A DNA stretch of 64,000 nt, taken from contig CP066684.1 in NCBI GenBank assembly GCA_016432325.1, forward strand, positions 96,001 to 160,000, in the 5' to 3' direction. Below, one piece after another: positions 46,510-55,925 of the stretch. The position numbers were made by a program, and so were the translations under genes. The notes under the pieces were generated by a model. It had not been told where the DNA came from and searched no databases. It saw only the letters and a program-made list of their open reading frames with translations. Source of the DNA: Candidatus Aenigmatarchaeota archaeon. Lineage in GTDB: Archaea > Aenigmatarchaeota > Aenigmatarchaeia > PWEA01 > JACQIF01. Position 1 is the first letter of the stretch. Every line of letters starts with the position of its first letter.

Positions 46510-47251
46510 CTCTTATCGTTTCGCACAGCTCCTTGGCCGCGGTGTGTATGTCTTCTTCTGCTACCTTGCTCGGGTCCTTTGCGCCGCCGGGCGCATAGAT
46601 TCCAGAACCTACAATCGCGTGCCAGCGGTCGCCGGCGGCTTTTGCCGTGTCTTCTATCTTGCCTTTCTGTTTGACGAAGCCCGGAGCCATCAGCTCGACT
46701 TGCCCATCGCAAGCCTCTTCGAGAAGCGCTCTGTAACCCGCGACCTTTTCAGGCTTGTTGCCGGGAACGACGAACGAGCGCACGCCTTTTCGCGTGGCGA
46801 TTCTGTACATTTGTTGAGGCGCGGTTTCTGCTATGTATCCGCCTTCAGGTTCCAGATATTCCGGATGCGTCATCTCTCCGCCGACGATTACGCCGACTCC
46901 TGCGGCTTGCAAGGCCTTTATCCATTCTTCTTCTGTCGCGGGACCGGCCTGCGGGAATAGGATTGCAGCGTTCACGCCCGACGTTTTCATGCGTCGTGCG
47001 AAGTTCTTGCCTGTGTCAGGAATGTCAGTCCCGGCCTTCTGGTGGTCGTAGATGACAGGAAGGTCCGTGAATTCACGAACCACACCCACGACAGCGGGCA
47101 GGCCATGGCCCAAGCCAAGATCGAATCCAACCTTGTACGCGCTTATGCCCTCCACGTCGTGCGTCGCGCGTACGAGCTTGCGGAAATCTTCTAACGTGGA
47201 AACGTCACAGGCCGGAATTATGGAACGTTCGGCTTTAATGACAAAAGACAT
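46502..47251 (-). CDS. pyrF: Orotidine-5'-phosphate decarboxylase
   Basis: IPACD, YKVG, DHQKAGTDIPDT, MTHP, PGF..Q and IVGSGI motifs. Confidence 0.9.
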   Translation of the reverse strand: MSFVIKAERSIIPACDVSTLEDFRKLVRATHDVEGISAYKVGFDLGLGHGLPAVVGVVREFTDLPVIYDHQKAGTDIPDTGKNFARRMKTSGVNAAILFPQAGPATEEEWIKALQAAGVGVIVGGEMTHPEYLEPEGGYIAETAPQQMYRIATRKGVRSFVVPGNKPEKVAGYRALLEEACDGQVELMAPGFVKQKGKIEDTAKAAGDRWHAIVGSGIYAPGGAKDPSKVAEEDIHTAAKELCETIRGA

Positions 47252-47344
47252 GGGTTCTATGAAGACAAGAAAGTATTTATACCATCAAACGCGCGGCTCG
47301 TGAAAGAAAAATAAAAGGAGAAAAAGAAACGTTGCGCATGCGCA

Positions 47345-47617
47345 CTACTTCTTCATCGCGGCGCTGTACACCACGTACAAGAACGCTATCAAGAGCAGCG
47401 CTTCCTGTATCACGTGAGCGGCTCCTGCCGTAACAATGCCGAGATTCAGGTGCACCGTCAGGTAGATGAGCTCTGTAACGGCCCATAGCCCGAACACGAC
47501 TGTCCAGAGTCCCTGCTTGTTGTTCGACGCCCAGTAGGCTCCGTAGAGACCGACCAGAAGAGCGATTACGTGCACGGCCTGATACGCCATGTCAGGAAGT
47601 ACCAAATCAAATGCCAT
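47345..47617 (-). CDS. Small three-TM membrane protein
   Basis: Start at MAFDL after strong RBS GGAGGTGA; T-rich tract downstream. Confidence 0.7.
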   Translation of the reverse strand: MAFDLVLPDMAYQAVHVIALLVGLYGAYWASNNKQGLWTVVFGLWAVTELIYLTVHLNLGIVTAGAAHVIQEALLLIAFLYVVYSAAMKK

Positions 47618-47673
47618 CAATTCACCTCCTTTGAAGTTTTCGAGGTGAGGAGGCACGAAGAGTTCATCCACAT
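47617..47673 (-). promoter_or_regulatory. 18-codon uORF with anti-SD hairpin
   Basis: MWMNSSCLLTSKTSKEVN* overlaps the next start (TGATG); TCACCTC pairs with GAGGTGA. Confidence 0.55.
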
Positions 47674-47813
47674 CAACAAAATTGAGGCAGACTCGTATTT
47701 AAGACTTTTGGAGGCGTTTGCGCGACCCCGCGACAGAAAGGAGGCCTTATGGCGCTCGCCTACCGGAACGGCACCAGCAAACGCTTTTAATACCCTTGGC
47801 GTCAACCGTAGCC

Positions 47814-49022
47814 ATGCTCTACTCGCATTCGCGGCTCGCCACGTTCGAGCAGTGTCCTCTGAAGTTCAAGTTTCACTACATCGACGGGCTGGAACCTCCG
47901 GACGAAGAGCAGACAATAGAGGCTTTCTTAGGCGACCTCGTCCACCGCACGCTCGAGAAGCTGTACAAAGACATGAAATTCCAGAAGACGAACACGCTCG
48001 AAGACGTGCTTGCGTACTATCACGGACTCTGGGAAAAGGAGTGGAACTCGGAGATACGCATAGTGAAGAAAGACTACAAAGAAGAAAACTACAAAAAGAT
48101 GGGCGACGTCTTCATACGCGCGTATTATGCCCGTCACGAGCCGTTCAACCACACGAAGACGCTCGGTCTGGAGCATCGCATCGTCATAGCGCTGGACGGC
48201 GGCTACCAGTTGCAAGGCTACATAGACCGTCTCTCATACGACCCGAAAACGGATACGTACGAAGTGCACGACTACAAGACCGCATCCAATCTTCCAATGA
48301 ACGAACAGCTCGTCGCGGATCGGCAACTGGCTCTTTACTCCATAGCCGTGCGCGAAGCGTATCGCACGAATCGCGTCAAGCTCATCTGGCACTTCCTCGC
48401 GTTCGACAAGGACATGGTGATAGAGAAGACCGCTGACGAGATAGAGGAGCTGAAGAAGGACACCATACACCTCATCAAGCGCGTCGAACAGGAGAAGGAG
48501 TTCAAACCGAAAGTGAGCGCGCTTTGCGACTACTGCGAATTCCGTTCGATATGCCCCGAATGGAAGCATCTCTACAAGGTGGAAGATCTTCCTCCGAAAG
48601 AGTACACGCAAGACCGCGGCGTGCAGCTCGTGAACGCGTACGTGGAGCTTCAGGACAAGGCGAAGACCTCCACAGCAGAGCTGGAAGAGGTGAAGGCCGC
48701 GCTCACGGACTTTGCGAAGCACGAAGGCATTTCCGCTGTAGCGGGCTCCGGCCATCGCGTGCGCATAGTCACATATCCGGACATCAAGATACCGAAAGAG
48801 AAGGAGGAAGAGGTCCGCGCGCTCCTGAAGGAGTACGGCCTGTGGAACGACGTGTCGCGCGTCGACTCGTTCCGCTTGCGGGACATCATACAGTCTTATC
48901 CTTACAATCCGGAGGATCCGAACGACCGTGAATGGAAGCCGTGGCCGCAGGAGCTGGTGAAGAAGCTGGCGCGCCTACTTTCCAGAGGAGAGAACGTCCG
49001 GCTTTACGTGAACAGGCTCTAG
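47814..49022 (+). CDS. PD-(D/E)XK nuclease, RecB/AddB/Cas4-like
   Basis: SHS...CP, G..VH..LE, GYIDRL, DYKT, QLALY and CDYCEFRSICP motifs. Confidence 0.88.
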   Translation: MLYSHSRLATFEQCPLKFKFHYIDGLEPPDEEQTIEAFLGDLVHRTLEKLYKDMKFQKTNTLEDVLAYYHGLWEKEWNSEIRIVKKDYKEENYKKMGDVFIRAYYARHEPFNHTKTLGLEHRIVIALDGGYQLQGYIDRLSYDPKTDTYEVHDYKTASNLPMNEQLVADRQLALYSIAVREAYRTNRVKLIWHFLAFDKDMVIEKTADEIEELKKDTIHLIKRVEQEKEFKPKVSALCDYCEFRSICPEWKHLYKVEDLPPKEYTQDRGVQLVNAYVELQDKAKTSTAELEEVKAALTDFAKHEGISAVAGSGHRVRIVTYPDIKIPKEKEEEVRALLKEYGLWNDVSRVDSFRLRDIIQSYPYNPEDPNDREWKPWPQELVKKLARLLSRGENVRLYVNRL

Positions 49023-49727
49023 CTCGACAGACGGGGCGTGCCACGTGCCGGCTCCAAGAGCTTCGGCCAGCGCATGTCCCGCACACTCCGCTTCTCCGAC
49101 TGTCGCGATGAGTTCTCCGTCTTTATAATCATTCAGTCCTTCCATTGCGGGAGTCGCGTACACGAGCGCCAGTTCCAGAGCCTCCGGCGTCAGGCGTTCC
49201 CTCTCGGAGAGCCACGAGACGATGCCGTCCTTCCACCCCGGAGCCCCATCGCTGGTCCTCGGCACGATGTAATTTTTTATCAGCGCCTCGAAACGTCCTG
49301 CCCCATCTTTTGCAGGGCATTCGTGCTTCGTGGATCTGTATGAGAATGGGCCAAGACCGGTGCGCAGTATGGCTGGTCTCTCGGTGTCAATCGCCAGAAG
49401 GGTAAGGCGCATCCACTGCGTGGCAGGTCGGTATTCGATATTGAGGGCCGTGTGTTTGGCCTGCGAGAAATCCAGCTGTTCCGCCGTGTCCATTATGGCG
49501 CCGCGCTCCATCCCGCTTTGCTCCATCGCGTAAGGGTCTATGCCGCCGAAGCAGATGCCAGGCGAGGGTTCCACGAGAGCCACGTCCTTGTGCGACTCGC
49601 CAGTGTCCCTGATGAGTTTCGGCACCGTGAGGAACCCCTCGCGGAGGCGCGACACGACGCAGTCCTCTCCCAACCTTCTCCCAAACTTTATTGGCTCCGC
49701 AGGGCGGTATGCCCGTATGGTGCGCAT
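48975..49727 (-). CDS. Hypothetical protein
   Basis: ORF fills the gap; TATA-like TTTATAA upstream of ATG 49727. Confidence 0.5.
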   Translation of the reverse strand: MRTIRAYRPAEPIKFGRRLGEDCVVSRLREGFLTVPKLIRDTGESHKDVALVEPSPGICFGGIDPYAMEQSGMERGAIMDTAEQLDFSQAKHTALNIEYRPATQWMRLTLLAIDTERPAILRTGLGPFSYRSTKHECPAKDGAGRFEALIKNYIVPRTSDGAPGWKDGIVSWLSERERLTPEALELALVYATPAMEGLNDYKDGELIATVGEAECAGHALAEALGAGTWHAPSVELEPVHVKPDVLSSGK

Positions 49728-49771
49728 GGTAACGCGTGGCGCAGAAAAGGTTATAAACCTTACGCTCTGCT

Positions 49772-51409
49772 CTAACCCGTCGTCTCCAGCGCCGCAAAGA
49801 GCTTGTCCGGGCTGTCGTAAGGCCCTCGGCACGTCTCGCGCACGCACACAGTCGCTTCCGCTTTCGCGCCTTCCGCGTGTTTTATGACAATGCGTTCGGA
49901 GAGCCTTGAAAGCACGTTCCTGATGAAAGGACCGAGCTTCTCTGGATCGCCTGTCAGAGAGACCTCCACGAATCCGCGTTCCTTGTACATGATAGCTTCG
50001 ACGTACTGCGGAGCAAACACGGACCGCTTCTCCACGAGTCCCGCCAGTTCGTTCAGCGCGTTTTCAGCCAGTATCCTGTACTTTTCTTCACCCGTAATAG
50101 CGAACAGCTTTAGAAGAACCGTCGCGGCGAAGCCGTTGTCGTCCGCGTCCTTGTGCTTGGCGGCCATCAGGCCGTGTCCGTCGGTGCTCGCAACGTCATA
50201 GAACGCTCCCAACGAACCGAAGTCGGCTACCATCGCGTCTGCGACGTTAAGCGCGGAGACAAGATAATCCTTTTCGAGAGTGCATTGGTACGCCTTCAGC
50301 AGCGCGTTCGCCAGCGCGGTCGCGTCTGCGAGAGTCGCGGGCGCGCTCGTGCGCGGCCAGAAATGGTACACGCGTTCTCCGTCGAAGCATTTTTCAAGGA
50401 CGGTTCTTAGCGTCTGAAGCGCCGATGTCCTGTACGCGTCTTCTTTCAATGCAACGGACGCGTCGAGCAGCGCGCAGACCGCCCAGCAGTTCCAATCGGT
50501 GTAGAGGGTCTTGTCGACGTTCGGCGCTTTCCGTTTGGCGCGTTCGTCGGCGTTGAGCTTGTAGTACTCCTCATCGGCGTCCTGGCTGCCGTAGAAGTAA
50601 TGTTCCTTGTCGTCGTAAAGCGTCTTCAACATGTACCGTGCCGTCTGCTCAGCAGCGCTCAAGAACAGCTTGTCTCCGAGATTCACATACGCGCGGAGAA
50701 GGATGGAAACGAGCCTCGAGTTGTCTTCCAGCAGTTTCTCATAATGAGGAGCCGTCCATTCTCTCTGCGTGGCGTAGCGGAAGAAGCCGCCTCCGATGCG
50801 GTCGAACATGCCGCCGCCTGCCATTCTCTGAAGCGTGAGCACCATGCGATCGCGCCAGCCTTTGCCTTCCTCGGCGAGCGCGAACAGCAGTCCGTAAAGA
50901 TTCGTCTGCGGGAACTTCGCGTTGAGACCGAAGCCCCCGTTCTGCGTGTCATAAAGCTCTTCAAGCCACGTGCGGTACGCTTCAACGATGTGCGTTCCGG
51001 GCTTGCCTTCCTCGAAGCGCGGCTCCGCGGCTTTCAGCGCATTCTTTTCCAGCGTTTCCCTGTCTTCTCTGTAGAGCTTCTGCGCCTGCTCGAGCAATTG
51101 GATCATCTGCGCCGGCGGCACGTACGTTGCGCCTGTTATGAGGTTCCCGTCAGGCGTCAGCAGCGCGGTGGTGGGCCATCCGCCGAGATTGTATCTGGCA
51201 TTCACGTCAGGCCGCTTATCGGTGTCGACGCGTATTGGAACGAATTTCTCGTTAAGAAGAGCGGCAACCTTCGGGTCTGCGTACGTATCGGCATCCATGC
51301 GGTGGCACCAGTGGCACCACACGGCGCTGATATCCAGCAGCACGAGCTTGTCTTCGCTCTTCGCTTTCTGGAAGGCATCGTCCCCCCATTCGAACCATTG
51401 GACGTCCAT
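49772..51409 (-). CDS. Thioredoxin-domain protein YyaL/SSP411 (DUF255)
   Basis: WCHWCH, VD..KRPD, GGWP, GGGFFRY and PHYEKLLEDN motifs. Confidence 0.92.
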   Translation of the reverse strand: MDVQWFEWGDDAFQKAKSEDKLVLLDISAVWCHWCHRMDADTYADPKVAALLNEKFVPIRVDTDKRPDVNARYNLGGWPTTALLTPDGNLITGATYVPPAQMIQLLEQAQKLYREDRETLEKNALKAAEPRFEEGKPGTHIVEAYRTWLEELYDTQNGGFGLNAKFPQTNLYGLLFALAEEGKGWRDRMVLTLQRMAGGGMFDRIGGGFFRYATQREWTAPHYEKLLEDNSRLVSILLRAYVNLGDKLFLSAAEQTARYMLKTLYDDKEHYFYGSQDADEEYYKLNADERAKRKAPNVDKTLYTDWNCWAVCALLDASVALKEDAYRTSALQTLRTVLEKCFDGERVYHFWPRTSAPATLADATALANALLKAYQCTLEKDYLVSALNVADAMVADFGSLGAFYDVASTDGHGLMAAKHKDADDNGFAATVLLKLFAITGEEKYRILAENALNELAGLVEKRSVFAPQYVEAIMYKERGFVEVSLTGDPEKLGPFIRNVLSRLSERIVIKHAEGAKAEATVCVRETCRGPYDSPDKLFAALETTG

Positions 51410-51458
51410 GCTTAACGTACGCGGCAGGTTATTTATGTGCGGAATCCGCACGTGAACT

Positions 51459-52259
51459 ATGGCGTTTCTGGATAGAGTAAGGGGAGCGGACGTCTACGAC
51501 ACAATCCTCGTCTTTCTGTACATTCTGGCCGCGATAGGGATATACAAGCTCGGGACGGACGCTTTGATTACATTCGCCGTTACTACGACTGTCGCAGTCG
51601 CCATAGACTTCGTAATCTACACCATTCGCAAGAGGCCCGTTAACTTCCGCAGTCTGCGCAAGGCGCTGATAACGGCTTCATTCGTTGCGTTCCTGATGCC
51701 TCCGGGGGTCGCGCTCTATCTGCCTGCTCTTGCCGCGACTCTGGCTGTGCTGTCAAAGCACGTGTTGCATCTTCCGAAAAAGAAACATATCTTTAATCCC
51801 GCGGCCTTCGGGGCGTTCGTCACAGCCTCGTTGTTCGCCTTGCCTGTCGCATGGTGGGGCGCCGACGCGTATGCCGTGTGGATACTCGGGCCCTTGTTGA
51901 TTTACAGATTCAAGAGACTCGAGCTTCCTGCGACGCTGCTGCTGGCGTACGGCGTCTTGTCCACCGTAGGATTGTATGCAGGTCTCAACACGCCGCGCAT
52001 CGACGTCGTGTTAATGCAGAACATCCCGCTCGTAATGCTTGCCTTTTTTATGGCCACGGAGCCTGTTACGAGCCCGTACACGAGAAACGGGAGAATCGTG
52101 TTCGGAGCGCTGGCAGCTGTTACGATATTCTCCGCAGGGGTTGTTGGAGGAATAGATGCCTTGTTGGGAGGGCTGCTCGTTGCGAACGTTTTCACGCCGC
52201 TGATAAACCGTTTCACCGCGCCGCGTCTTACTCAACCACAACAGAGCCAAACAGCGTAG
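51459..52259 (+). CDS. Stand-alone RnfD/NqrB-family membrane protein
   Basis: KHIFNPAAFG and FFMATEPVTSP motifs. Confidence 0.8.
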   Translation: MAFLDRVRGADVYDTILVFLYILAAIGIYKLGTDALITFAVTTTVAVAIDFVIYTIRKRPVNFRSLRKALITASFVAFLMPPGVALYLPALAATLAVLSKHVLHLPKKKHIFNPAAFGAFVTASLFALPVAWWGADAYAVWILGPLLIYRFKRLELPATLLLAYGVLSTVGLYAGLNTPRIDVVLMQNIPLVMLAFFMATEPVTSPYTRNGRIVFGALAAVTIFSAGVVGGIDALLGGLLVANVFTPLINRFTAPRLTQPQQSQTA

Positions 52260-52671
52260 GGTTCAGGTGGTCGTGGTAGAAGAACGTGCCTGTTTGTATG
52301 AACGTAAACGCGTACGATTCGCCCGGCGCTATCCCCTTGCAAGAGTCGAACGCGCCAGCTTTCGCCACGCCTTCTGCAGAGCAGGAGCGTGTCCCGCCGT
52401 ACGTTCCTGGCTCATAGTAGGCCGCTCCTGGATACGAGTCGTGCAGAGGGTGCATGGCCGACGCGACCCAGTGGTTGGCCGTGTTGGCGTTCGTCCACGT
52501 AACGGTTCCACCCTGTCTTATCGTGACTTCGTTGGGAGCGAATCCGGCCGCGGTTATCGTTATCGTTGCCGTCTCAGGCGCGGGCTGGGTTTCTACAGCG
52601 CCGGTCTGAGGGGCGCTTCCCGTGCATCCGGCGACGAGAACGAGCAAAAGGAGCGCATAAACGGCTTTCAT
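52228..52671 (-). CDS. Cupredoxin-fold lipoprotein
   Basis: LVAGC lipobox; F.P..VTI..G.TVTW.N, GESYAFTF and YHDHLNP motifs. Confidence 0.75.
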   Translation of the reverse strand: MKAVYALLLLVLVAGCTGSAPQTGAVETQPAPETATITITAAGFAPNEVTIRQGGTVTWTNANTANHWVASAMHPLHDSYPGAAYYEPGTYGGTRSCSAEGVAKAGAFDSCKGIAPGESYAFTFIQTGTFFYHDHLNPTLFGSVVVE

Positions 52672-52732
52672 AGGCAACGTAAATCCGGCAGATATATAAA
52701 GGTTCGGATTCGAAATAGGAATGGGTGTGAGA

Positions 52733-53098
52733 ATGGAAGTTCTCGCGAATAGAGACTACACCGAAGGAATGCTGGCCAGAGACAGGCATAAACACGAGGG
52801 CGTTATAGCCGCTGTCATAGAAGAACGTGGAATATACCCGCTCACGTTATTGAGTGGCGGTCAGTCCAGCGCGAGCGAGCCTCACAAGACAGAGGAATAC
52901 AGGGGCGGGTTGCGCGCCGAGTATTTCGCGGACTCGGTATGCGTGACTGTCGGCAATCCGGACAAACCGAGAATAACAGAACTTTTCCCCGCGAACGCCC
53001 AGTGGCAAGCCGTTCTGGAGAAGCGCGTCAAGGACGCCGAGGACTCCAAAGCGCTGCGCAAGTTCAGGAGCCTAAACGCGCGGAAGAACGGGGATTGA
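52733..53098 (+). CDS. Hypothetical protein
   Basis: ORF with TATA-like box and RBS. Confidence 0.5.
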   Translation: MEVLANRDYTEGMLARDRHKHEGVIAAVIEERGIYPLTLLSGGQSSASEPHKTEEYRGGLRAEYFADSVCVTVGNPDKPRITELFPANAQWQAVLEKRVKDAEDSKALRKFRSLNARKNGD

Positions 53099-53105
53099 CG
53101 ATAGC

Positions 53106-53858
53106 CTAGTCCTCAACCCTCGGCGCGAGCAAAAATCGCATGCTGGCTTTTTCTGGATTAATGAACTCTATGCGCATCGGGAAGTCCTTGCCGAAGCTTA
53201 TCGAAGCGACGTCCGCTATGCGAGCGCCCCTTATCATCTTCTTGAGATAGTCCAGGGGATAACGCGAACGCGCGGGCTTGCCGTTGAGAGACAGGAGGCC
53301 GCCGTTCTTGTCCACGCGCAGCTCAGCGGACGAAGAGTCGCCGTCAGTGCGCATCACGAGCGCGTCGTCCTCGCTTTCAAAAACGAGAGAATCGGAAACG
53401 ATTGCCGCGTCGCTCACTCCTTCCTCGATGACAGGCGTGCGTATCTGCAGTTTTGTAGAGAAATCCAGATTGTCCGGAGAAGGAACCTCGCCTTCGGTTA
53501 TGTCCAGCAACGGCATTGAGAACTTGCGTGTCGTCTCGCCGACCATCTTCACGTTGAGCTTTGACTCGTCGTCGGAGAGCGACAGCTCGAGCTTGTCTTT
53601 TGCGCCAGCCCGTTTCAAAATCTGCAGGAGGCTGTCGACGTTGAGGCCCATCTTGATGGTGCCCGACACCTCGTATACCTCAAAAACGTTCTTGTCGAGC
53701 TTGAAATCGACGACCGCCACGATGGCGCGGTCGGTGGCGTTAAACGAAATCCCGTCCTTGTCCGCCTTGAATATGCCTTCTCCTATGAGCTGTGATATTG
53801 TATCGACGGCGTCGCGCAAGAGGGATACGTCTGTCAAAACTGCCCTAAAAACTGACAT
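53106..53858 (-). CDS. pcn: DNA sliding clamp PCNA
   Basis: D...VAVVD, SRYPLDYLKKM and FLLAPRVE motifs. Confidence 0.96.
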   Translation of the reverse strand: MSVFRAVLTDVSLLRDAVDTISQLIGEGIFKADKDGISFNATDRAIVAVVDFKLDKNVFEVYEVSGTIKMGLNVDSLLQILKRAGAKDKLELSLSDDESKLNVKMVGETTRKFSMPLLDITEGEVPSPDNLDFSTKLQIRTPVIEEGVSDAAIVSDSLVFESEDDALVMRTDGDSSSAELRVDKNGGLLSLNGKPARSRYPLDYLKKMIRGARIADVASISFGKDFPMRIEFINPEKASMRFLLAPRVED

Positions 53859-53862
53859 CTGT

Positions 53863-54210
53863 TTAACCCCTCTGTAGTTCTCGTTTCAAGGATTTATATA
53901 GCCCTATATCCAGCCCGTCCATCTTCTGGACGGTCTCAGCCTCTATGTGCAGTGCGCCTTCCGTGGAACGGACGCGGCCTATGACACGCACGACAGAGCC
54001 CTGTACGGCCGGTTTGGCGTCCGGTTGGAGGAGGACCTCGATGCTGTCCGTTCCATCGTCCAGAACGAGCCGCTCCGTGTTCGCGTTGACCACCGTGCCG
54101 AGGATGGCGACGCGTATGTCACGCTCGTTGACGTCTGTTACGTTCTTTTCTTTCATCGGTACGCGCTTGAACGCGAACGATTCACCATAGTCTTCTGTCA
54201 GTTCTGGCAA
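53863..54210 (-). CDS. Small OB-fold protein (RPA subunit-like)
   Basis: RVAILGTVV, LDDGT and VRVIGRV motifs; TTG start at 54210 after RBS AGGTGG. Confidence 0.75.
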   Translation of the reverse strand: MPELTEDYGESFAFKRVPMKEKNVTDVNERDIRVAILGTVVNANTERLVLDDGTDSIEVLLQPDAKPAVQGSVVRVIGRVRSTEGALHIEAETVQKMDGLDIGLYKSLKRELQRG

Positions 54211-54264
54211 CCTAACCACCTTACTGCCGGAAACTTGAAACCCGCGGTTTCATAGTTCGGGCAT
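54199..54264 (-). repeat. Leader element with duplicated start (MPEL/MPEL) and GAAAC-CGCGG-GTTTC hairpin
   Basis: ATG CCC GAA CTA at 54264 vs TTG CCA GAA CTG at 54210. Confidence 0.7.
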
Positions 54265-54268
54265 GATT

Positions 54269-54982
54269 TCACTTCCCAAACCTTCTTTGTCTCTTCCTGT
54301 ACTCGTCGAGAACGCGCACGAATGTGCGCTTGTCAAGTTCGGGCCACCGCTTGTCGACGAAGAAGAGCTCCGCATAGGCGGACTGCCAGATGAGGAAGTT
54401 CGAGAGCCTCTTCTCGCCGCCCGTGCGTACAATCATGTCAGGGTACGGAATCTCGCCGTTCATATAGAGGTAGTGAGCGAACAGGCGCTCGTCTATCTCG
54501 TTAGCGCGTATCGTTCCGCCGCTCACACGTTCGGCAATCGCGCGGCACGCGTCGACGATCTCCTGCTGGCCGCCGTATGCGACGCAGACTGTCAGGAAGT
54601 GCTTGCTGTAGCGGGACGTCAGGGACTCGACCTTGTGCATCTGCTTCTGCAGTTCCAGAGGAAGCATCTCAAGGCGTCCGATGAAGCGCACGCGCGTCTT
54701 CGTTGTGTGAACCGGATGGTCTTCGGTCAGTATTACGTCCAGCTCTTCCCCGAAATACTTGAGAATCATCTCAAGCTCGCGCTTGGGACGGGACCTATAG
54801 TTCTCTGCGGAGAGCACGTACGCGCTCACGTAAGGAATTCCGAACTCCTCCGCCCACGTAAGCACCTCACGTGCCTTCCGGATGCCGGCTTTGTGTCCGT
54901 ACCACGGCGTCTTCATGAGTTCGCGTGCGTAACGGCGGTTGCCGTCGAGGATTATGCCAACGTGTCTAGGATTGCTTTCCAT
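54269..54982 (-). CDS. uppS: cis-prenyltransferase (UppS family)
   Basis: HVGIILDGNRR, S.EN..R, YGGQQEI and RTGGEKRLSNFLIWQ motifs. Confidence 0.96.
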   Translation of the reverse strand: MESNPRHVGIILDGNRRYARELMKTPWYGHKAGIRKAREVLTWAEEFGIPYVSAYVLSAENYRSRPKRELEMILKYFGEELDVILTEDHPVHTTKTRVRFIGRLEMLPLELQKQMHKVESLTSRYSKHFLTVCVAYGGQQEIVDACRAIAERVSGGTIRANEIDERLFAHYLYMNGEIPYPDMIVRTGGEKRLSNFLIWQSAYAELFFVDKRWPELDKRTFVRVLDEYRKRQRRFGK

Positions 54983-55028
54983 CGTACACCCACACTCTGC
55001 TAATCTCTCGTTCTGCTCGCTTATATAA

Positions 55029-55925
55029 ATGCCGCGGTTAAAAGCTTTTCCGGTGCTTGTATTGGTTCTGGAGAACCTGCCTCTCTACGTCGCGCTCGTC
55101 GGTTCGGCGACAGCCGGTTACATAGACCTGCGCACGACAGAAATTCCGGATGAGATACCTTTGTCCATGGCGGTTTTCGGGCTTTTCTGGGCCGCGTTAG
55201 CGTACGTAACGTCAGGAAGCGCGATTCTCGTGCAAAGCGCGATCGTGGGAGGGCTCTTCTTCGCTCTCGGTTACGTGATGTATTACACGGGGCAGTGGGG
55301 GGGAGGCGACGCTAAACTTATGGCGGCCATAGGCGTGCTCGTTCCTCAGGCGCCGGCGTTTGCGGTCGCAACTCTGTTTCCGTTTGCGATGAGCATGCTC
55401 CTGAACGTCTTTATGCTGGGCGCCGTGTATATAGTCGCCTACTCACTGACCGTTTCTCTGCCGAATCGCACGGTCACGCGCGCGTTCCTGGTTGACGTGA
55501 AAGGAGGAATGAAGGAGATTGGAATCTTCGCAGTGGCGCTGACCATCGCCGTCGTGGCTGCGGTGAGGTTTGCCACCGGAGGGTTTTCACAGGCGAGCCT
55601 GACGTTCGCGTTTTCTCTCGTACCCGGCGGTCTGGGACTTTTCCTCTTGTGGAAGTTCCTGCGCGTCGTCGAGCGCGTCGGTTTCCAGAAGAGGATAAAG
55701 ACACAAGCGCTGCGCGTGGGAGACATGCTTGGGGAAGACGTGCGGGAACTGAAGATGTACAAAAAGTTATTGCGCGGCTTGGAGGAGAACGAGATAAGGA
55801 AAATAAGGCGCGTTCGCAGGATGATTCTGATAAGGGAAGGCGTTCGCTTCGGTCCCGTCTTCATGCTGGCGCTGCTGTACACGATATTCTACGGCGATGT
55901 GATGGCGCTGTTCTCGGTGGTTTAG
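55029..55925 (+). CDS. Prepilin peptidase, A24 family (start may be TTG 55071)
   Basis: DLRTTEIPD and WGGGDAKL catalytic Asp motifs; C-terminal GVRFGP. Confidence 0.9.
   Translation: MPRLKAFPVLVLVLENLPLYVALVGSATAGYIDLRTTEIPDEIPLSMAVFGLFWAALAYVTSGSAILVQSAIVGGLFFALGYVMYYTGQWGGGDAKLMAAIGVLVPQAPAFAVATLFPFAMSMLLNVFMLGAVYIVAYSLTVSLPNRTVTRAFLVDVKGGMKEIGIFAVALTIAVVAAVRFATGGFSQASLTFAFSLVPGGLGLFLLWKFLRVVERVGFQKRIKTQALRVGDMLGEDVRELKMYKKLLRGLEENEIRKIRRVRRMILIREGVRFGPVFMLALLYTIFYGDVMALFSVV

Noticed and set aside
47814-49022. CRISPR-associated Cas4
   Set aside because: No cas1/cas2 or array nearby; long solo RecB-family nuclease
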